Source: the human T2T-CHM13v2.0 reference genome, Homo sapiens
Length of the DNA stretch: 64,000 bases
NCBI RefSeq assembly: GCF_009914755.1
Contig: NC_060947.1
Strand: one strand, 5' to 3'
Shown here: positions 25,540-39,029 of the stretch, in pieces
Layout of the letters: the number at the start of each line of letters is the position of its first letter
How positions within the stretch are numbered: position 1 is the stretch's first letter
The notes under the pieces: model-generated
What the model saw: the letters and a program-made list of their open reading frames with translations, nothing else
Told to the model about the DNA's origin: nothing
Database searches by the model: none
Translations under genes and position numbers: made by a program

Positions 25540-26960
25540 GGAAAGAATACAGAATTAATAAAGTACTGTTAGAACTAATAAGAGTATGGAAAAAAGGGTT
25601 GCCAATTTTAAGAGCAACCTACAAAAGCAATAGTATTTTTATAATAGAAATAAGCAACTAGAATATATAACTAAAGTAAAATGAATTTGCAATAGCAACA
25701 AAAATAGTTAAGTATCTAGGAAATAAAAAAGAATATAAAAGACCTCTCTGATGAAAACTTCAGAACAATAATAAAGGACATAGCAAACGATTTAAATTAA
25801 TAAAAGAGCCACATGTTTATTAATTTAAATGAATAAAAGAGCCACATTAGCTCCCACTTATAAGTGAGAAGCTAAATGATGAGAAAACATAGACACATAG
25901 AGGGGAATGACACACACTGGGGTCTTTTGGATGGTGGAGGGTGGGAGGAGGAAAAGGATCAGGAAAAACAACTAATGGCTACTAGGCTTAATACCTGGGT
26001 AATAAAATAATCCAGACAACAAACCTCCGTGACACAAGTTTACCTATGTAACAAACCTGCACCTGTGCCCCTGAACTTAATAAAAGTTAAAAATAAATTA
26101 AATTAAAAAATAAAAGAGGTATCCCATGTTCTTCAATGGGATGATTTGATAGTATAATAACCATAATGTCTATACATTGATCTATAAATTTAAAGAAATC
26201 CACTCTAAATTTTTAGTTGGATTTTTTTGAGCAACATGATAAACTTAAGACAAAATTTATATGGAGGAATAAAGACCTTTATCTGAATTTTAAAAATTAA
26301 TGAAGGAAGATGTGCCATACTTGATATGAATACATATTTTAAAACCTTAGTAATTAAAAAAAAGTTCTTTGGTATCCACCAAAGGGGAAAAACTACCAAT
26401 GGAGAAGAGTTGAGCACTCAGAGGCAGACTGGTGTGATATGATGTGATGTGATATGTGTGTGTATAAACTTATAAGATAATGGGAACACTATAAACCAAT
26501 GAAGAAAGGATGATTTTTTTTTAACACATGATATTGGGGAAACTGGCTCCCCAAATTGAAATAAATGAAATTAGATCTCTGCTTAACACTTGATATAAAG
26601 TTGTACCTATAGAGGATTATAATATCAAAGTTAACTATGTATTTACCATAAAAATATCTTTTAAAACCTCCTTGTTACCTAGGAGCAGGGAAGGTTGTCT
26701 GAAATACAATCTCAAAATCATAAACTATCAGGCAGCAAATTGATATAAAGTCAATTCAAAATTAATGATTTCTGGACACTATATACAAAGTTAAAAGACT
26801 GTTGAGAACATTCTCATAAAAGATATAATTTAACCAGTGGCTGCCTATGGGGATAATGGGAATTTGGGGTGAATATAAAAGAGAATAAACAAACAAATAA
26901 CATTATAAAGCATTGCAATCAACCAATGATAAATATGTACAATAAACTGAGAAGTAGAAT
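25540..26960 (+). mobile_element. Decayed L1M ORF2 and 3' fragments
   Basis: atttgcaatagcaacaaaaa, aagtatctaggaa, cccatgttcttcaatgg, aaaatttatatggagg. Confidence 0.6.
25845..26108 (+). mobile_element. L1PA10-13-type 3' end with an about 26-bp 5' inversion
   Basis: cattagctcccacttataagtgagaa (antisense L1) joined to gctaaatgatgagaa...ctgaacttaataaaagttaaaa; aataaaagag present on both sides. Confidence 0.85.
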
Positions 26961-27391
26961 TAATTCACCTACTCTATTTTTGTTAGGAGAAAGAGAAAGA
27001 AATGTACAGCAGCAGGCTTTATCTTGAAAGTAATCTTCCCCAATATCTATTATAGGAGCACTTGTGGTAAGAAAGCCTATATAGACCAATTCACATTATA
27101 TTTTCAAAGGAAAAATATTTTTTAATATAAAAACAATGTTTCCTCTAAAATTATACTCACATGGATTAATTTGTCTTCATGGTATTTAATTTACTTTGAA
27201 ATGTTAGTTATCATTGATTATAGCTTTACTTCCTAATAATTTTCAGAAAAAGACGTGGTACCAAAAAGATTGAGACACACAGGCCCATGATCATAGTTAG
27301 GAGTGTTAGCATTGCTACTGTGACCTTTGGTATGTAGAATCCCCTTTCTAGGTCCGTTTCATCACAATCTAAAACAGAGTTCATACTAAAG

Positions 27392-27530
27392 CAGTGGTGT
27401 CCTAACCTAACCTCCTCCCTCCTCCTTGGCCAGAATGAGTTAAAATCACCAGGAATGGGCATAGGCATCTAGATTTTTAAAAGATCCCTCAGCTAATATT
27501 GATGTGCAGTGGAGCACAGAAACCATTAGA
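27392..27530. mobile_element. MER5-family MITE fragment
   Basis: cagtggtgtcctaacc...ggcatctagatttttaaaagatccctcagctaatattgatgtgcag. Confidence 0.55.
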
Positions 27531-29689
27531 TAAGATTATCTGAAACCCTCCGGTTAAATAACATTGAATTCATCATGATGCTCTGAAATATGTTGTTCTG
27601 TCTTTCATGTTGTAGATGTGTTATACAGCCATTCATGGATGATGGGATAAATCTGGGAAAATCTTCGAATAAAGCTTATTGTACAGTCTAGTAATGCTGC
27701 TTAGAGATTTATTTGACCGACAGTATACTTAAAGATCAGCAAAATGCCTAAGGCACTCTCAGTCACTTGAAACTGAAATTGCTGCTACTTTTCCCCCTTT
27801 TTTTTACTTGGCCTGAGTGTGTGTATGGTGGAAGACAGATTTGCTGTCAGCCTTCATAAATTTTACCATTTCCATTAAATGTGAGAATGTGTTGTATAGG
27901 ATATCTAATGTTATAGCTTTGTGTATTTCTTTCATTAAATGAACTGTAATGATGTACATAATTACAGAATATTGCCTTAATCATTTTACACATTTTTTTT
28001 TGAGCCACATTAAGTAGTTTCTTCAGGAGGCAAAAAGAAATATAGAAATCACATTTCTGAAGGGCAAAGTAGATCGTAAGATTGACTGTGATAACTCAGT
28101 GCAAAAGAAATAAGAAAAGTGGAAGTAAAGAAATGCTGTTCTTTTTTATAGTTAGAAAATAGTTCCAAAGAATTATCAGACAGTGTTTGGCTTTTATTCA
28201 AGTTTCACAGGTAACATAATTTAGCTTGGATGGTGGTATTTACTGGGAATAACAGAGCACTCCATGTTGGCTCCATTAGGGAGTTTTCTATGCAGCATGA
28301 AGTAAATCACATTGTCACTTCTTATCCTGATTCTTTCTCCAAAGCAAAATGCTAACAGCAGTGTGTAACGAGCTTTTTACATTGATTTGGCATAAGGGGA
28401 TATTAGCACAGAGACCGATAAAGACATTAGAATAACGAAAGTTAACTTTGTTCCTGGAATGGCAACGGTTTATAAAAAGGCCACAGGTATTTTATAGTAC
28501 GCATGATAAATTTGTCAGGTTTTTATTTGTCAGATAAGGTATTTATAAACTGAAAACAGGCAGAGAAAATAGGACATATTATTTCTAAAGGAACAGCCTT
28601 CTTTGGGATACTTTGCCCAGATGCTATCATTTTCTAATTTAAAAAACCATAGAGATAGAATTGTTAGAGAGAAATTATTTATACAAGGGGAAATTGTTAT
28701 TTACAATACTTTGTAATCTGTTGAGAAGGGTGAATTTGAAGGAAGTTTCTTAGTTTGATATACAGAGTGGTGATTGTAAAAATTCAAGATAAGAGAAGCA
28801 GAGCAACAGTTAAACAATACTCATAACAAAAAGAAAACAAAATTTGGGGATAAAAGAAATAACAAGGGAAGATTTTTATTAACAAAGCAGGCTGTTAAAT
28901 ATGACTTTTTCTATGGGTTCAGAGGTTCAGCAAAGACTTAAAAGTTAAAAGAACAACAAAATAAAGGTCAAGTAGCCTAATATGCTAAAGTAAGATGGTA
29001 CATCAAACAATACTAAGATATTGTAAAATGGTCATAAGATATTTCTTATGTGGATCAGCCAATAGAAAGCACCCATTGCCAAAAAGAAATTCAGTTTTGA
29101 AAAAAGACTAAAGGAATGAAAGTTTGGCCTGATAAGCCTATGGTTAAAGAGTAGAGGGAGACAAGGGGAAAGTGTTCAGAGTGAGCTTCACTTAAATAAA
29201 TAAGGGCAAAAGTAAATAAGTACCATAGAACAGATATGTATCATCTGGAAGCAAATACAACTGAATTGTCTTGAAACTGACTCTGCTCAAGAACATTGAC
29301 AGCACTGTCGGTGACCCCAAACAATAAATACTGAGCCAGAATCTAGGGATTGAATTAAAAGTAGTCATAAAGAGTCAGGGAGGAAAAGTATTGCCCACAA
29401 CTCAGAACTGTCATAAGAGCTTCTCAGTGGTGGAATCTTCCACGAACAAACAAACGTGTTCCAACAAGAGAAAGAATTAGCTCTTGAAATCTAGGTACAG
29501 GGAGTCACAGTAACAGACACAGATTAAAAGTACTAGACGAAGATTACAAAGTCACAGATCATGTTCTGTTCCCAGTAATGGCAGTGTTACCTTGTATAAG
29601 ACCAACCTTACTACCAGTAACAAATATAAGCTCTGGAATATGAATATTTGAAGAATATGAGCATGTCAGATGACAGCTGATTTTCTTGG

Positions 29690-31782
29690 CTTTGTTTTAT
29701 GATTGTGGCAAAATACACATAACATAAAATTTGCCATTTAAACCATTTTAAAGTGTACAATTCAGTGGTATTTAGTAAACTCATAATGTTGTTTAACCAT
29801 CACCACTACGTAGTTCAGGAGCATTTCCACTACCCAAAAAGAAAATCTCATATCTATTAAATAGTTATTCTCTATTTTTTCCCTTCTCCAGCTCCTGGGT
29901 ACTACTAGTCTGCTGGATATTTCACATAAGTGGATTCATACTATACGTGGCCTTTTTTATCTAGCTACTTTTACTCAGCACGTTGTTTTCACGGTACTTC
30001 CTTGTTGTAACATGTATCAGTACTTCATTTCTTTTTACGGCTGAATGATATACCATTACATGAATATGTCACATACTGTTATCCATTCATCAATTGTTTC
30101 ACATTTGGGTTGTTTCCACCTTTTGGCTATTATGAATAGTGCAGGTATATAACATTTACAAATATTAGTTTGAACATCTTCTTTCAATTCTTTTGGGTAT
30201 ATGCCTAGGAGTAAAATTGCTAGGTCATATGATAATTTTGTACAACTTTTTAAGGAACCACCAAGCTGTTTCTCACAGCAGGTACATGATTTTACATCCC
30301 CACCAGTCATGTATGAGAGTGTAAATTTCTCTAGATCCTCACCAACATTTTTTTTTGTGTTTTCTCTTTGTATTTTCTAATTATTACGGATATATAGTAG
30401 TTTTATATATTTATGGGATACATATGATGTTTTGATACAAACTTGCAATTCCCTAATGACTAATAACACTGAGTATTCTTTCAGATGCTTGGTAGACATT
30501 TGTATATCTTCTCTGGAATATATATCATGGGATAAGACTTTGATGAGATATGTAATTTGTGAGTATTTTTCCCATTCTGTGGGTTGTCTTTACATTTTCT
30601 TGATAGTGTCATTTGATGCACAAAAGGTTCAATTTTGAAGAAGTTCAATGGATCCATTTTTTTTCTTTCATTGCTTGTGAGTTTAGTTTCATATCTAAGA
30701 AACCACTGCCAAATCTAAGGTCAAGATTTATCCCTATGTATTCTTCCAAGAATTATATAGTTTTAACTCTTAAATTTAGGTGGCTGATCCATTTCGAGTT
30801 AATTTTTGGACATGGTATGGGATAGGGGTTAAAATTCATTATTTTGCATGTGGCTATCTAGTTGTCTCATCACTATTTGTCAAAGAAACTATTCTTTCCC
30901 TATCAAATGGTCTTGGCACTCATGGTCTTGGCACTCACGTCAAAAAATCAATTGCTCATTCATGTATGGGTTTATTTACGGATTTATGGGCTCTCAATCC
31001 TATTCCATTTTTCTATAGATCTATCTTTATCTCAATACTGACTGGCTTAATTACCATACCTTAGTACTATATTTTGAAATCGGAAAGTGTGAGTTCTCCA
31101 ACTTTGCTCTTTTTCAAGATTAATTTGGCTGCTCAGGGTACTGTATATATTTTAGAATCAAATTATTCATTTCTCCAAAGAGATCGTTTGCTTTTTCATA
31201 GAGATTAATTACATTGAATCTGTAGGTCACTTTAAAAAGTATTTCCATCATAGCAACATTTAGTTTTCCAACCCATTAACCTAGAATATCTTCCCATTTA
31301 TGTAGGTCTTTAATTAATTTCAGCAGTGTTGTGTGGTTTTCAGTGTCTATATCTTTCACCTCCTTGATTAAATTTATTTTTGAGTATTTTAATCTTTTGG
31401 ATGCTATTATAAATGGAATTTTCTTAATTTTCTTTCAAATTATGCATTGTTGATGTATGAAAACACAAGAGTTTTTGCATGTTTATCTTGTACCTTCAAT
31501 TTTGCTGTATTCATTTATTAGCACTAACAGTTTTTTGTGGATTCTTTAGAATTTTCTATATATAAGATCATGTCATCTATGAACAGAGGTAATTTCACTT
31601 CTTCTTTTTCAATTTGAATTTAAATTATTTTCTTGCCTAATGGTGCTGGTGAGAACTTCCAGTACAATGAATAGAAGCAGTAAAAATGAGCATCTTTGTC
31701 TTGTTCCTAATCTTAGGGGAAAAAATTTCAGTCTTTCACCACTGAGTATGATGTTAGGTGTGAATTTTTCAAATAATGCCTT
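29690..31782 (-). mobile_element. L1MB-type element (3'UTR plus ORF2 C-terminal part), with a short L1MA tail inserted at about 30345-30440
   Basis: ttgtggcaaaatacacataacataaaatttgccatt; ORF2 remnants YDLAILLLGIYPKELK and ALFIIAKRWKQPKC. Confidence 0.9.
30907..30936. repeat. 15-bp perfect tandem duplication
   Basis: atggtcttggcactc twice. Confidence 0.95.
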
Positions 31783-32452
31783 TTTTTAACTTTAAAAATG
31801 TTTTAATTGTCAAATAAAAATGGTATATATTTATCATATACAATATGTTGTTTTGAAATATGTGTACAGTCCTAAGTTTCTTCAGGGAATTGGTTCCAGA
31901 AACATCACCCGCCCCATACCAAAATCTGCACAACTCATGTCCTATAATCAGCCCTTCAGAACCTGTGTACAGGTAAAGTCAGCCCCTCCATATATGTGGG
32001 TTTGCCATCCCACAAATAATGTATTTTCGATCTGCATTTTGTTGAAAAAAAGTCAGATGTAAGTGGACCTTCACAGTTCAAACTCATGTTATTCAAGGAT
32101 CAAGGGTACATTGTAGAATGGCTAAATTGAGCTAGTTAACATATGCATTGCTTCGCATACTTATTTTTTGTGGTGAGAACACTTAAAGTCTACTCTCTTA
32201 GCAGTTTTCAAGAATATAGTACATTATTATTAACTATAGTCACTATGTTGTTATACAATAGATCTCTTAGACTTATTCCTCCTATATAACTGAAATCTTA
32301 TATTCTTTGACCAATATCTCTCCCCTCCCTTACCCCAGCCCTGGTAATCACCATTTTACTCTCAATTTCTATGAGGTCAACTCTTTTAGATTGAACATAT
32401 AAGTGAAATCATCCAGTATTTGTCTTTCCATGCCTAGCTTATTTCACTTAAT
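31783..32452 (-). mobile_element. L1MA6/7-type 3' end, interrupted by MER8
   Basis: gaatggctaaattgagcta...tgtggtgagaacacttaaagtctactctcttagca...cttatttcacttaa. Confidence 0.9.
31867..32106 (+). mobile_element. MER8 (TcMar-Tigger MITE)
   Basis: gggaattggttccag...ccaaaatctgcacaactca...gtaagtggaccttcacagttcaaactcatgttattcaagg; TA on both sides. Confidence 0.85.
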
Positions 32453-32960
32453 GAAAATATGGTACGTACACTTGATGGAATACTATTCAGCCTTTAAAAA
32501 GAAGAAAATCCTATCATTTGCAACAACATGAATGAACCAGGAGGACTTTAGGTTAATTCAAATAAGCCAGTCAGGCAAAGACAAATACCACATGATCTTA
32601 CTTATATATGGAATCTAAAAAAAAAAAAGATGAATAGAAACAGAGAGTAAAATGTTGGTTACCAGATTGGTTGGATTGGGGAGATATTGGTCAAAAGACA
32701 CAAAATTTCAGCTAGAATGAAGGAGTAATTTCAAGAGATCTATTGTAAAACATGATGACTATAGTTAATAACAATATATTGTATATCTGAAAATTGCTGA
32801 GAGAGTAGATTTTAAATGTTCTCACCACAAAAATGGCATGACATAATCATGTGGTAAATAGCTAAATTTAGCCATTCCACAATTTATATATACATTAAAA
32901 CATCATATTTTATACTATAAATATATGCAGTTTTTACTTTTCTGTTACAAATATAAATGA
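32453..32960 (+). mobile_element. L1MA6/7-type 3' end, back-to-back with the previous element
   Basis: atggaatactattcagcc...aagagatctattgta...gagagtagattttaaatgttctcaccacaaaaa...tttagccattccacaat. Confidence 0.9.
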
Positions 32961-33049
32961 AAACCAAGATTTTATGCAACTGTTTAAAATATATTTTCAT
33001 GATAGCCAAAAACTGAAAATAATCCAACTGCTCAGCAACTGACTAAAAT

Positions 33050-33150
33050 AAATTGCCTGATGTCACACAGCTAATAAATATTGGTAGTAGGATTTAAACC
33101 CCAGAAGTCTCTTTCTAGAATCCAGACACTTAAATACTACCCTCAACTGT
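33050..33150 (-). mobile_element. MIR fragment
   Basis: aaattgcctgatgtcacacagctaataaat...ggatttaaacccca. Confidence 0.65.
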
Positions 33151-35035
33151 CTTTCATATCTTATAGTAATATCTGTATTAAGGGTAAAATATTCTCTCCC
33201 TTATAAGGTAGAGGGACAGGTGCAAGGCTAAATGTTTACCAGAAGATACACTGAAACCCAAAGATCAAAGCACATTGAAATGATATGATCAGCAAGGCAA
33301 TACCAGAATGATAATGCTACTTACTATTCCAAGTATGAAGCAAAAGGATCAGTTAAAACCTGAGATGACCATTGAGGTCAATAATGAGGAGAACTTAGAT
33401 CTCTCCTCAGGGAGATAGTAAGACAACATGGATTTTGAGAAAAAGATGCAAAAACAGTGCAGGGTATATTTAAACGTGTAGCTCAGGACCAAATTATCAA
33501 GACCTTCAAGTGTTTATTTAAGATGATTTAAGTAATTGAGAGTATAACAATTAATTCAATTTTTATATTACTTATTCTTCTTAAGTAGCTAAAGTCTTCA
33601 ACTTATAAAGAATATTGGAGAGATCAAGAAAGCAATCAGAGAAAGAGAGACAGTAGATGGCAATTGACTATTTTCATGGATTTAAAAATTTGCCTAAGTT
33701 GTTTGCCAGGGCTAAAAGAGAATGCCTGTTGTTAGAGAAGGAAGGGGACTACATCTGCAAAGCATTTGCTTTCTTCTCCATTACTCCTCAAAGATTTCAC
33801 TGGCCTTTCGTTTCTGTGGCTCAATAAAGGATGACTTTAAAAGGTCAGAGCTATTGATGTGCCAACTGAGAGACAGAGCACATAAAATGCAGAAAAATTA
33901 TGATGAAATGTCTCATGCTTGCAGAATGTCTCCCTTAGTCTGGGTCAGCATTTCCTGAACTTAAGGCTGATGCCCCGGAACTTGGACTCACCCTGATGAG
34001 TACTCAGGGCTTGGGCTGACACTTGCCTCACACCTCTCTATGGCAAGTTCCCACTATCAGCATATTTTCAGAGCTATTTTTGGCTCTCCTCACTTCCCTC
34101 TGATAAATTTACAGGTAGTTTGGAACACTTTAAAACAACTGAGTTTTTACACTGTGTGATTTTAGATAATCCCATTTCTCTCTTGTCAAGCAGATACGGT
34201 GTTTCCTTTAGGCAATTTTCTTTATGCTCATGCTTCCATTAGGTATCTTTACTTAGCTACACTTATTTTATGTGAATAAAAATTTGTTTCTGATTGCCTA
34301 CTTAAAGACAATGATTGATCTTTTTGGCCCATCTGAAACTTCAGCTATTAGGTCAGGCACTGGAAGCTTCAGTCATTCACTTTTAGAAACAGTATTCTTG
34401 ATGGTTCTTCAGTGAGTGAATTAGAGGGAACAGCATCCCTGGTTTACATTAATTTGGGGAAGTACATACATTGTATGACTATAAAAATATAGAAATAGGA
34501 AAGAGATGAATAGGTATGACATAGACAATGATTCGATATATTAAAATACTATGAAGAAAGCACAATTTTCTCTTACTAGCCAATCATCCCACTAGTTGAT
34601 TTAAAAGTCTTTTTAAGAAATTTGATGAACTAATGATATGAAAAATGTACACTAATATCAAGTCCCTTGGATGGATTTTTAGGTATGTCTCTGGAGCCCA
34701 TTTTGGTCTGTATCTATTGTTTGTTGTTTCTGCTAATTTTTATTCATATAACTTTGTTTTTGCCTGTGATATTTTTAACTTTTTCTAGGCATTGTATTCA
34801 CACAATTTTTTGCAGAAATAATCTCTCACCAAAAAGGATATATATTTGCTTCTGCTGAATGCTGGTCAGCACTTGCAATTTGAGATCATCTCAATCTAAT
34901 TTTAGGAAATGAGATGGCCTGTCTCCACATTGGTGGGTGCTGGACTCTAAACCTTATCTTGTGAAACCTGAAAATCATTCAAAAGTGCTGCCTGGTATCT
35001 CAGACAGCCTCTTCTGGAATCCTCCAATACTCTGA

Positions 35036-35229
35036 TAGTCAATGAGTAAATATTTTAAGCTTTGCAGGCCGTAAGGTCTTTGCCATACCTACTTACCTCT
35101 GCTGTTGAAGCATGATAGCAGCCATAGACAATACATAAACAAATGAATGTGGCTAAGTTACAGTAAAACATTATTGAAGGAAACGAGGCGAGATGGATAA
35201 GACATGCACCTCATAGTTTGTCAATTCTG
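35036..35229. mobile_element. MER58A hAT MITE
   Basis: agtaaatattttaagctttgcaggcc...gcagccatagacaatacataaacaaatgaatgtggct. Confidence 0.85.
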
Positions 35230-35886
35230 CTATAGGAAAAAAATGGCTCTATATGTCCACCCACCTTCAAATCTTCCATATTATCTCAAATCCCAAAGCT
35301 AATAATTCTCTTCTATTTCGGTAGTTTGTAAGTGCTTCCAAGCAGATGATTTCTATGTTTTAATCAGCTATTCTTTGGTTGTCTTCAGTGGAAATATTAA
35401 TCCAAATTACCTAGCTCACCATTACCTCAAATTCAAGCAACCTTTTTTAGAATTGGGGTCAAAAAACTCCATGCAAGGAAAAGCCATTAATTGGAATAAA
35501 ACTTAGAATTTCTACTGGTTAGAATTGAATTAACTATTTGTACATTGTCAGAAGAAGCATATTTTAATTAAAATCTCTAAGGATATATTTGTCGCCTCAG
35601 GGTAATCATCAAAAGCCTGGAAATTGTCTCCTATGTCCATGTTCATGAAATCTTAAATATTTATTGAGCGCTCTTATGTGTTTTCCACTTGATTATCCAA
35701 AAACCTACAAACTTGGATTATTCACACTTCATACTCCAAAGCAAGACTTGAACAGGGATAATCCTGCTCTCTAGGAAAGGCCTCTCAGTCCATTCTTCTC
35801 TGTTGTCAGTGGTTATACTCTATAGAATTTGCCATATATGAATTGGATGACATGTTTATGTACTATTAAAGAGATGAATAGATTTC

Positions 35887-36705
35887 CTTTTTTAATTTTT
35901 AGTTTTATTATTATACTTTAAGTTCTAGGGTACATGTGCACAACGTACAGGTTTGTTACATAGGTATACATGTGCTATGTTGGTGTGCTGCACCCATTAA
36001 CTCATCATTTACATTAGGCATTTCTCCTAATGCTATCCCTCCCCCTGCCCCTTACCCCACAGCAGGCCCCCATGTGTGATGTTCCCTGCCCTGTGTCCAA
36101 ATGTTCTTATTGTTCAATTCCCACCTATGAGTGAGAAAATGCGGTGTTTGGTTTTCTGTCTTTGTGATAGTTTGCTGAGAATGATGGCTTCCAGCTTCAT
36201 CCATGTCCCTGCAAAGGACATGAACTCATCCTTTTTTATAGCTGCATAGTGTTCCATGGTGTATATGTGCCACATTTTCTTAATCCAGTCTATCATTGAT
36301 GGACATTTGGGTTGGTTCCAAGTCTTTGCTATTGTGAATAGTGCGGCAATAAACATACATGTGCATGTGTCTTTATAGTAGCATGATTTATAATCCTTTG
36401 GGTATATACCCAGTAATGGGATCACTGGGTCAAATGGTATTTCTAGTTCTAGATCCTTGAGAAATCGCCACACTGACTTCCACAATGGTTGAACTAGTTT
36501 ACACTCCCATCAACAGTGTAAAAGCCTTCCTATTTCTCCACATTCTCTCCAGCATCTGTTGTTTCCTGACTTTTTAATGATGGCCATTCTAACCGGTGTG
36601 AGATGGTATCTCATTGTGGTTTTGATTTGCATTTCTCTGGTGACCAGTGATGATGAGCATTTTTTCTTGTGTCTGTTGGCTGCATAAATGTCTTGAGAAG
36701 TGTCT
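35887..36705 (-). mobile_element. L1PA6/7-type 3' end, about 0.8 kb, including the ORF2p C-terminal coding remnant (ORF 36114-36485)
   Basis: WKSVWRFLKDLELEIPFDPVIPLLGIYPKDYK...SLIGGN is the L1 ORF2p C-terminus; TSD tgaatagatttc (35875-35886) / tgaacagatttc (36706-36717). Confidence 0.97.
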
Positions 36706-37329
36706 TGAACAGATTTCTTAACCAATTTAATCTGTATACATAGTTGGGGACCCAAGTTTCCTTTTAAATCTTAATAGTCATAGTGGCATGCTTCAATTGG
36801 CAATATAACTCTCTAAAACTCAGTAGGCTTCCTATCTACTTTAGTTTAGTCAGTTTCACTTGCCAAATACTTAACAACAGTTCTGTTCAAAACATAATTT
36901 CTAGAAATACTATATTTATTGGCTTTGAAACTTCTATTTGTATCTATTGAATCAATGACCAGTTTCTTAAACCTGTAGGGTTTCAGCATGAGACACATTC
37001 TCTTAAATTTTTTTCCTTGAACGATTTTATTCAATGAAAAAGTTTTATTGGTCACAACACTCTTAATTTGACCTTTGTTTTGAGGCACCTAAATCCATCT
37101 GCAGAATTTAACTATAAGTGTGGAGGTTTATCTTTACTTTGATATTTGCCTCAAGGATCAGTTTTACTTGGACTTAATATTTTAAAGCCTCTCTTAATTT
37201 CAACTCCTATTGTTTCTCTTCCAAGAAGTAGTTACTTTTGCCAGCTTTGTAATACCTCCAATTTCTAGTTCTCTTATTTTCTTATTTTTTCTTTTTCTAG
37301 GCTCTTTTTTTTCTTGTCAAATACTGCCT

Positions 37330-37978
37330 AAAGCAGATAACTACTGCTACTAATATTCTTCTTTCCAATCTCTTGCTTGTGAAGCTGCAAGTTCACTAGG
37401 TACATGAACTGCCTTTGAATCTATAACAGGAGACCAATTTGACAAATGTTTTGTCAAGGCATCCCCATCTTTCCAGCCTCAGATAGCAGTTTTCTCTGCC
37501 AAATATTATGGGCTTTAAAGCTAATGCTGTTTATCTTAGGGATTTGTTGTTGTTGTTGTTGTTGTTATGGCAGCACGCTACTTCTGGAACTAACATTTAT
37601 ATAAGTCAAGAAAGGCTAGGTCATGCTATAAGGGGCAAACAAACTCCAGCTCTCTGTGGCTTACAAAGAACAAGGTACATGCTTCCTGCTTTTACTACAT
37701 GCCAATTATGCGTTCACAGGGGTCTCCGCTCCACATCATTTTCACTCAGGGGTCTAGGGTAATGGAGACTTTACCATCTGTAACATTGCTGGTAGCTGCA
37801 CCAGGAAAAGGGAGAGCACAGAATATTGGCCACAAGCTTTTAAATGCATCTCTCCAGAAGTGGCACATATCACTTCTACACACATTTCATTGGCCAAAGC
37901 AAACACACACCTAGCTTTGTGGGTCCTGAAGGGCAAAAAAAGCAGACATATTAGTGAGCATTGTTAGTATCTGTCACC
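37330..37978 (-). mobile_element. Old MLT1 (I/J/K-like) LTR at about 37598-37978 with adjacent internal fragment
   Basis: aggctaggtcatgcta...gaagtggcacatatcacttctacacacatttcattggccaaagcaa; internal gcagcacgctacttctggaac. Confidence 0.65.
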
Positions 37979-39029
37979 GAAAGGTCTTTTGAAATCTTCT
38001 AGAAAAATTTTGTCATTTGACACATAAAACATGAGAAAGCAAGAGAAGAGGCATTGCTTTTTCATGGAAATTATACACATTAGATCTTGAACTAGTAACA
38101 ATCTCCTGAATCCTATTCCAATGTTGCTACTATATGGTTTTGTCTCAGCTGATTCAGTTTCTCATATAATGTTGTAACTTGGGACCTGGATACTTTAGTT
38201 TTCACCTGCAACTAATATTTGAATATGAGTTAAAATTAACTTGTATCACATATAATTTTATAAATGTGTTAATCACTGACAATTTCATTTTGTGATTCTA
38301 TATCAATGATGTTAGAGATATGCAATACAATAGTGGTTGAAATTTTGTTTTCTATAACTAGCCAATGATATACCCCAAACAAAAAATATAAGTAGAGAAC
38401 AGATTTTACAGTGAAAACATTTTTATTTTGACAAAAATATAACCTTTAAAAATTAACCAAATTAACCTTTTAAAATTAAGAAGAGCTAACATATCTATGT
38501 GTTAATTTAATACAATATTTCCTAAACAATTTTTCATTTAAAGGGTTTTGTTTATATATCTTTATACACTCTGAACGGTGTATATCTATCATAGCACAAC
38601 AATAAAGTGTATCAGGCTCACTTAAACATTGTTGTACTTTTAGGTGCCCTGAGTGTAGAGGCTTTAATTACTGTTATGCCTTTTTTATGTCTCATTTTAT
38701 GGAAAGATTTCTACTTTTTGCGCAGAACCAAGGATTCTTTTTGCTTTGATAACGTGTTGCTTTTCTAGCTTAATTACTGAACATTGTGCTCATTGAAACT
38801 TGTTTAATATTGCTAATGGCTTTTCTAAACGTAATTGCATTTCTGAGGTGGAATGTCCATATGAACACATTACACTCAGTAATCATTTGAACTCACCTCA
38901 CAGCAGCTAAATAAAACATATCCTATTAAGCAGAATTAATAAGTGTGTTACCAACATCTCGGTATCGTATTTGTAATGGGTTATACTTAGGATTCTCTGT
39001 AATTGCAAACCAATTTGCTGTTGCCACTA

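Noticed and set aside
36114-36485. 123-aa ORF with a clear protein match
   Set aside because: L1 ORF2p C-terminus in a 0.8-kb 5'-truncated copy; not a host gene and not autonomous.
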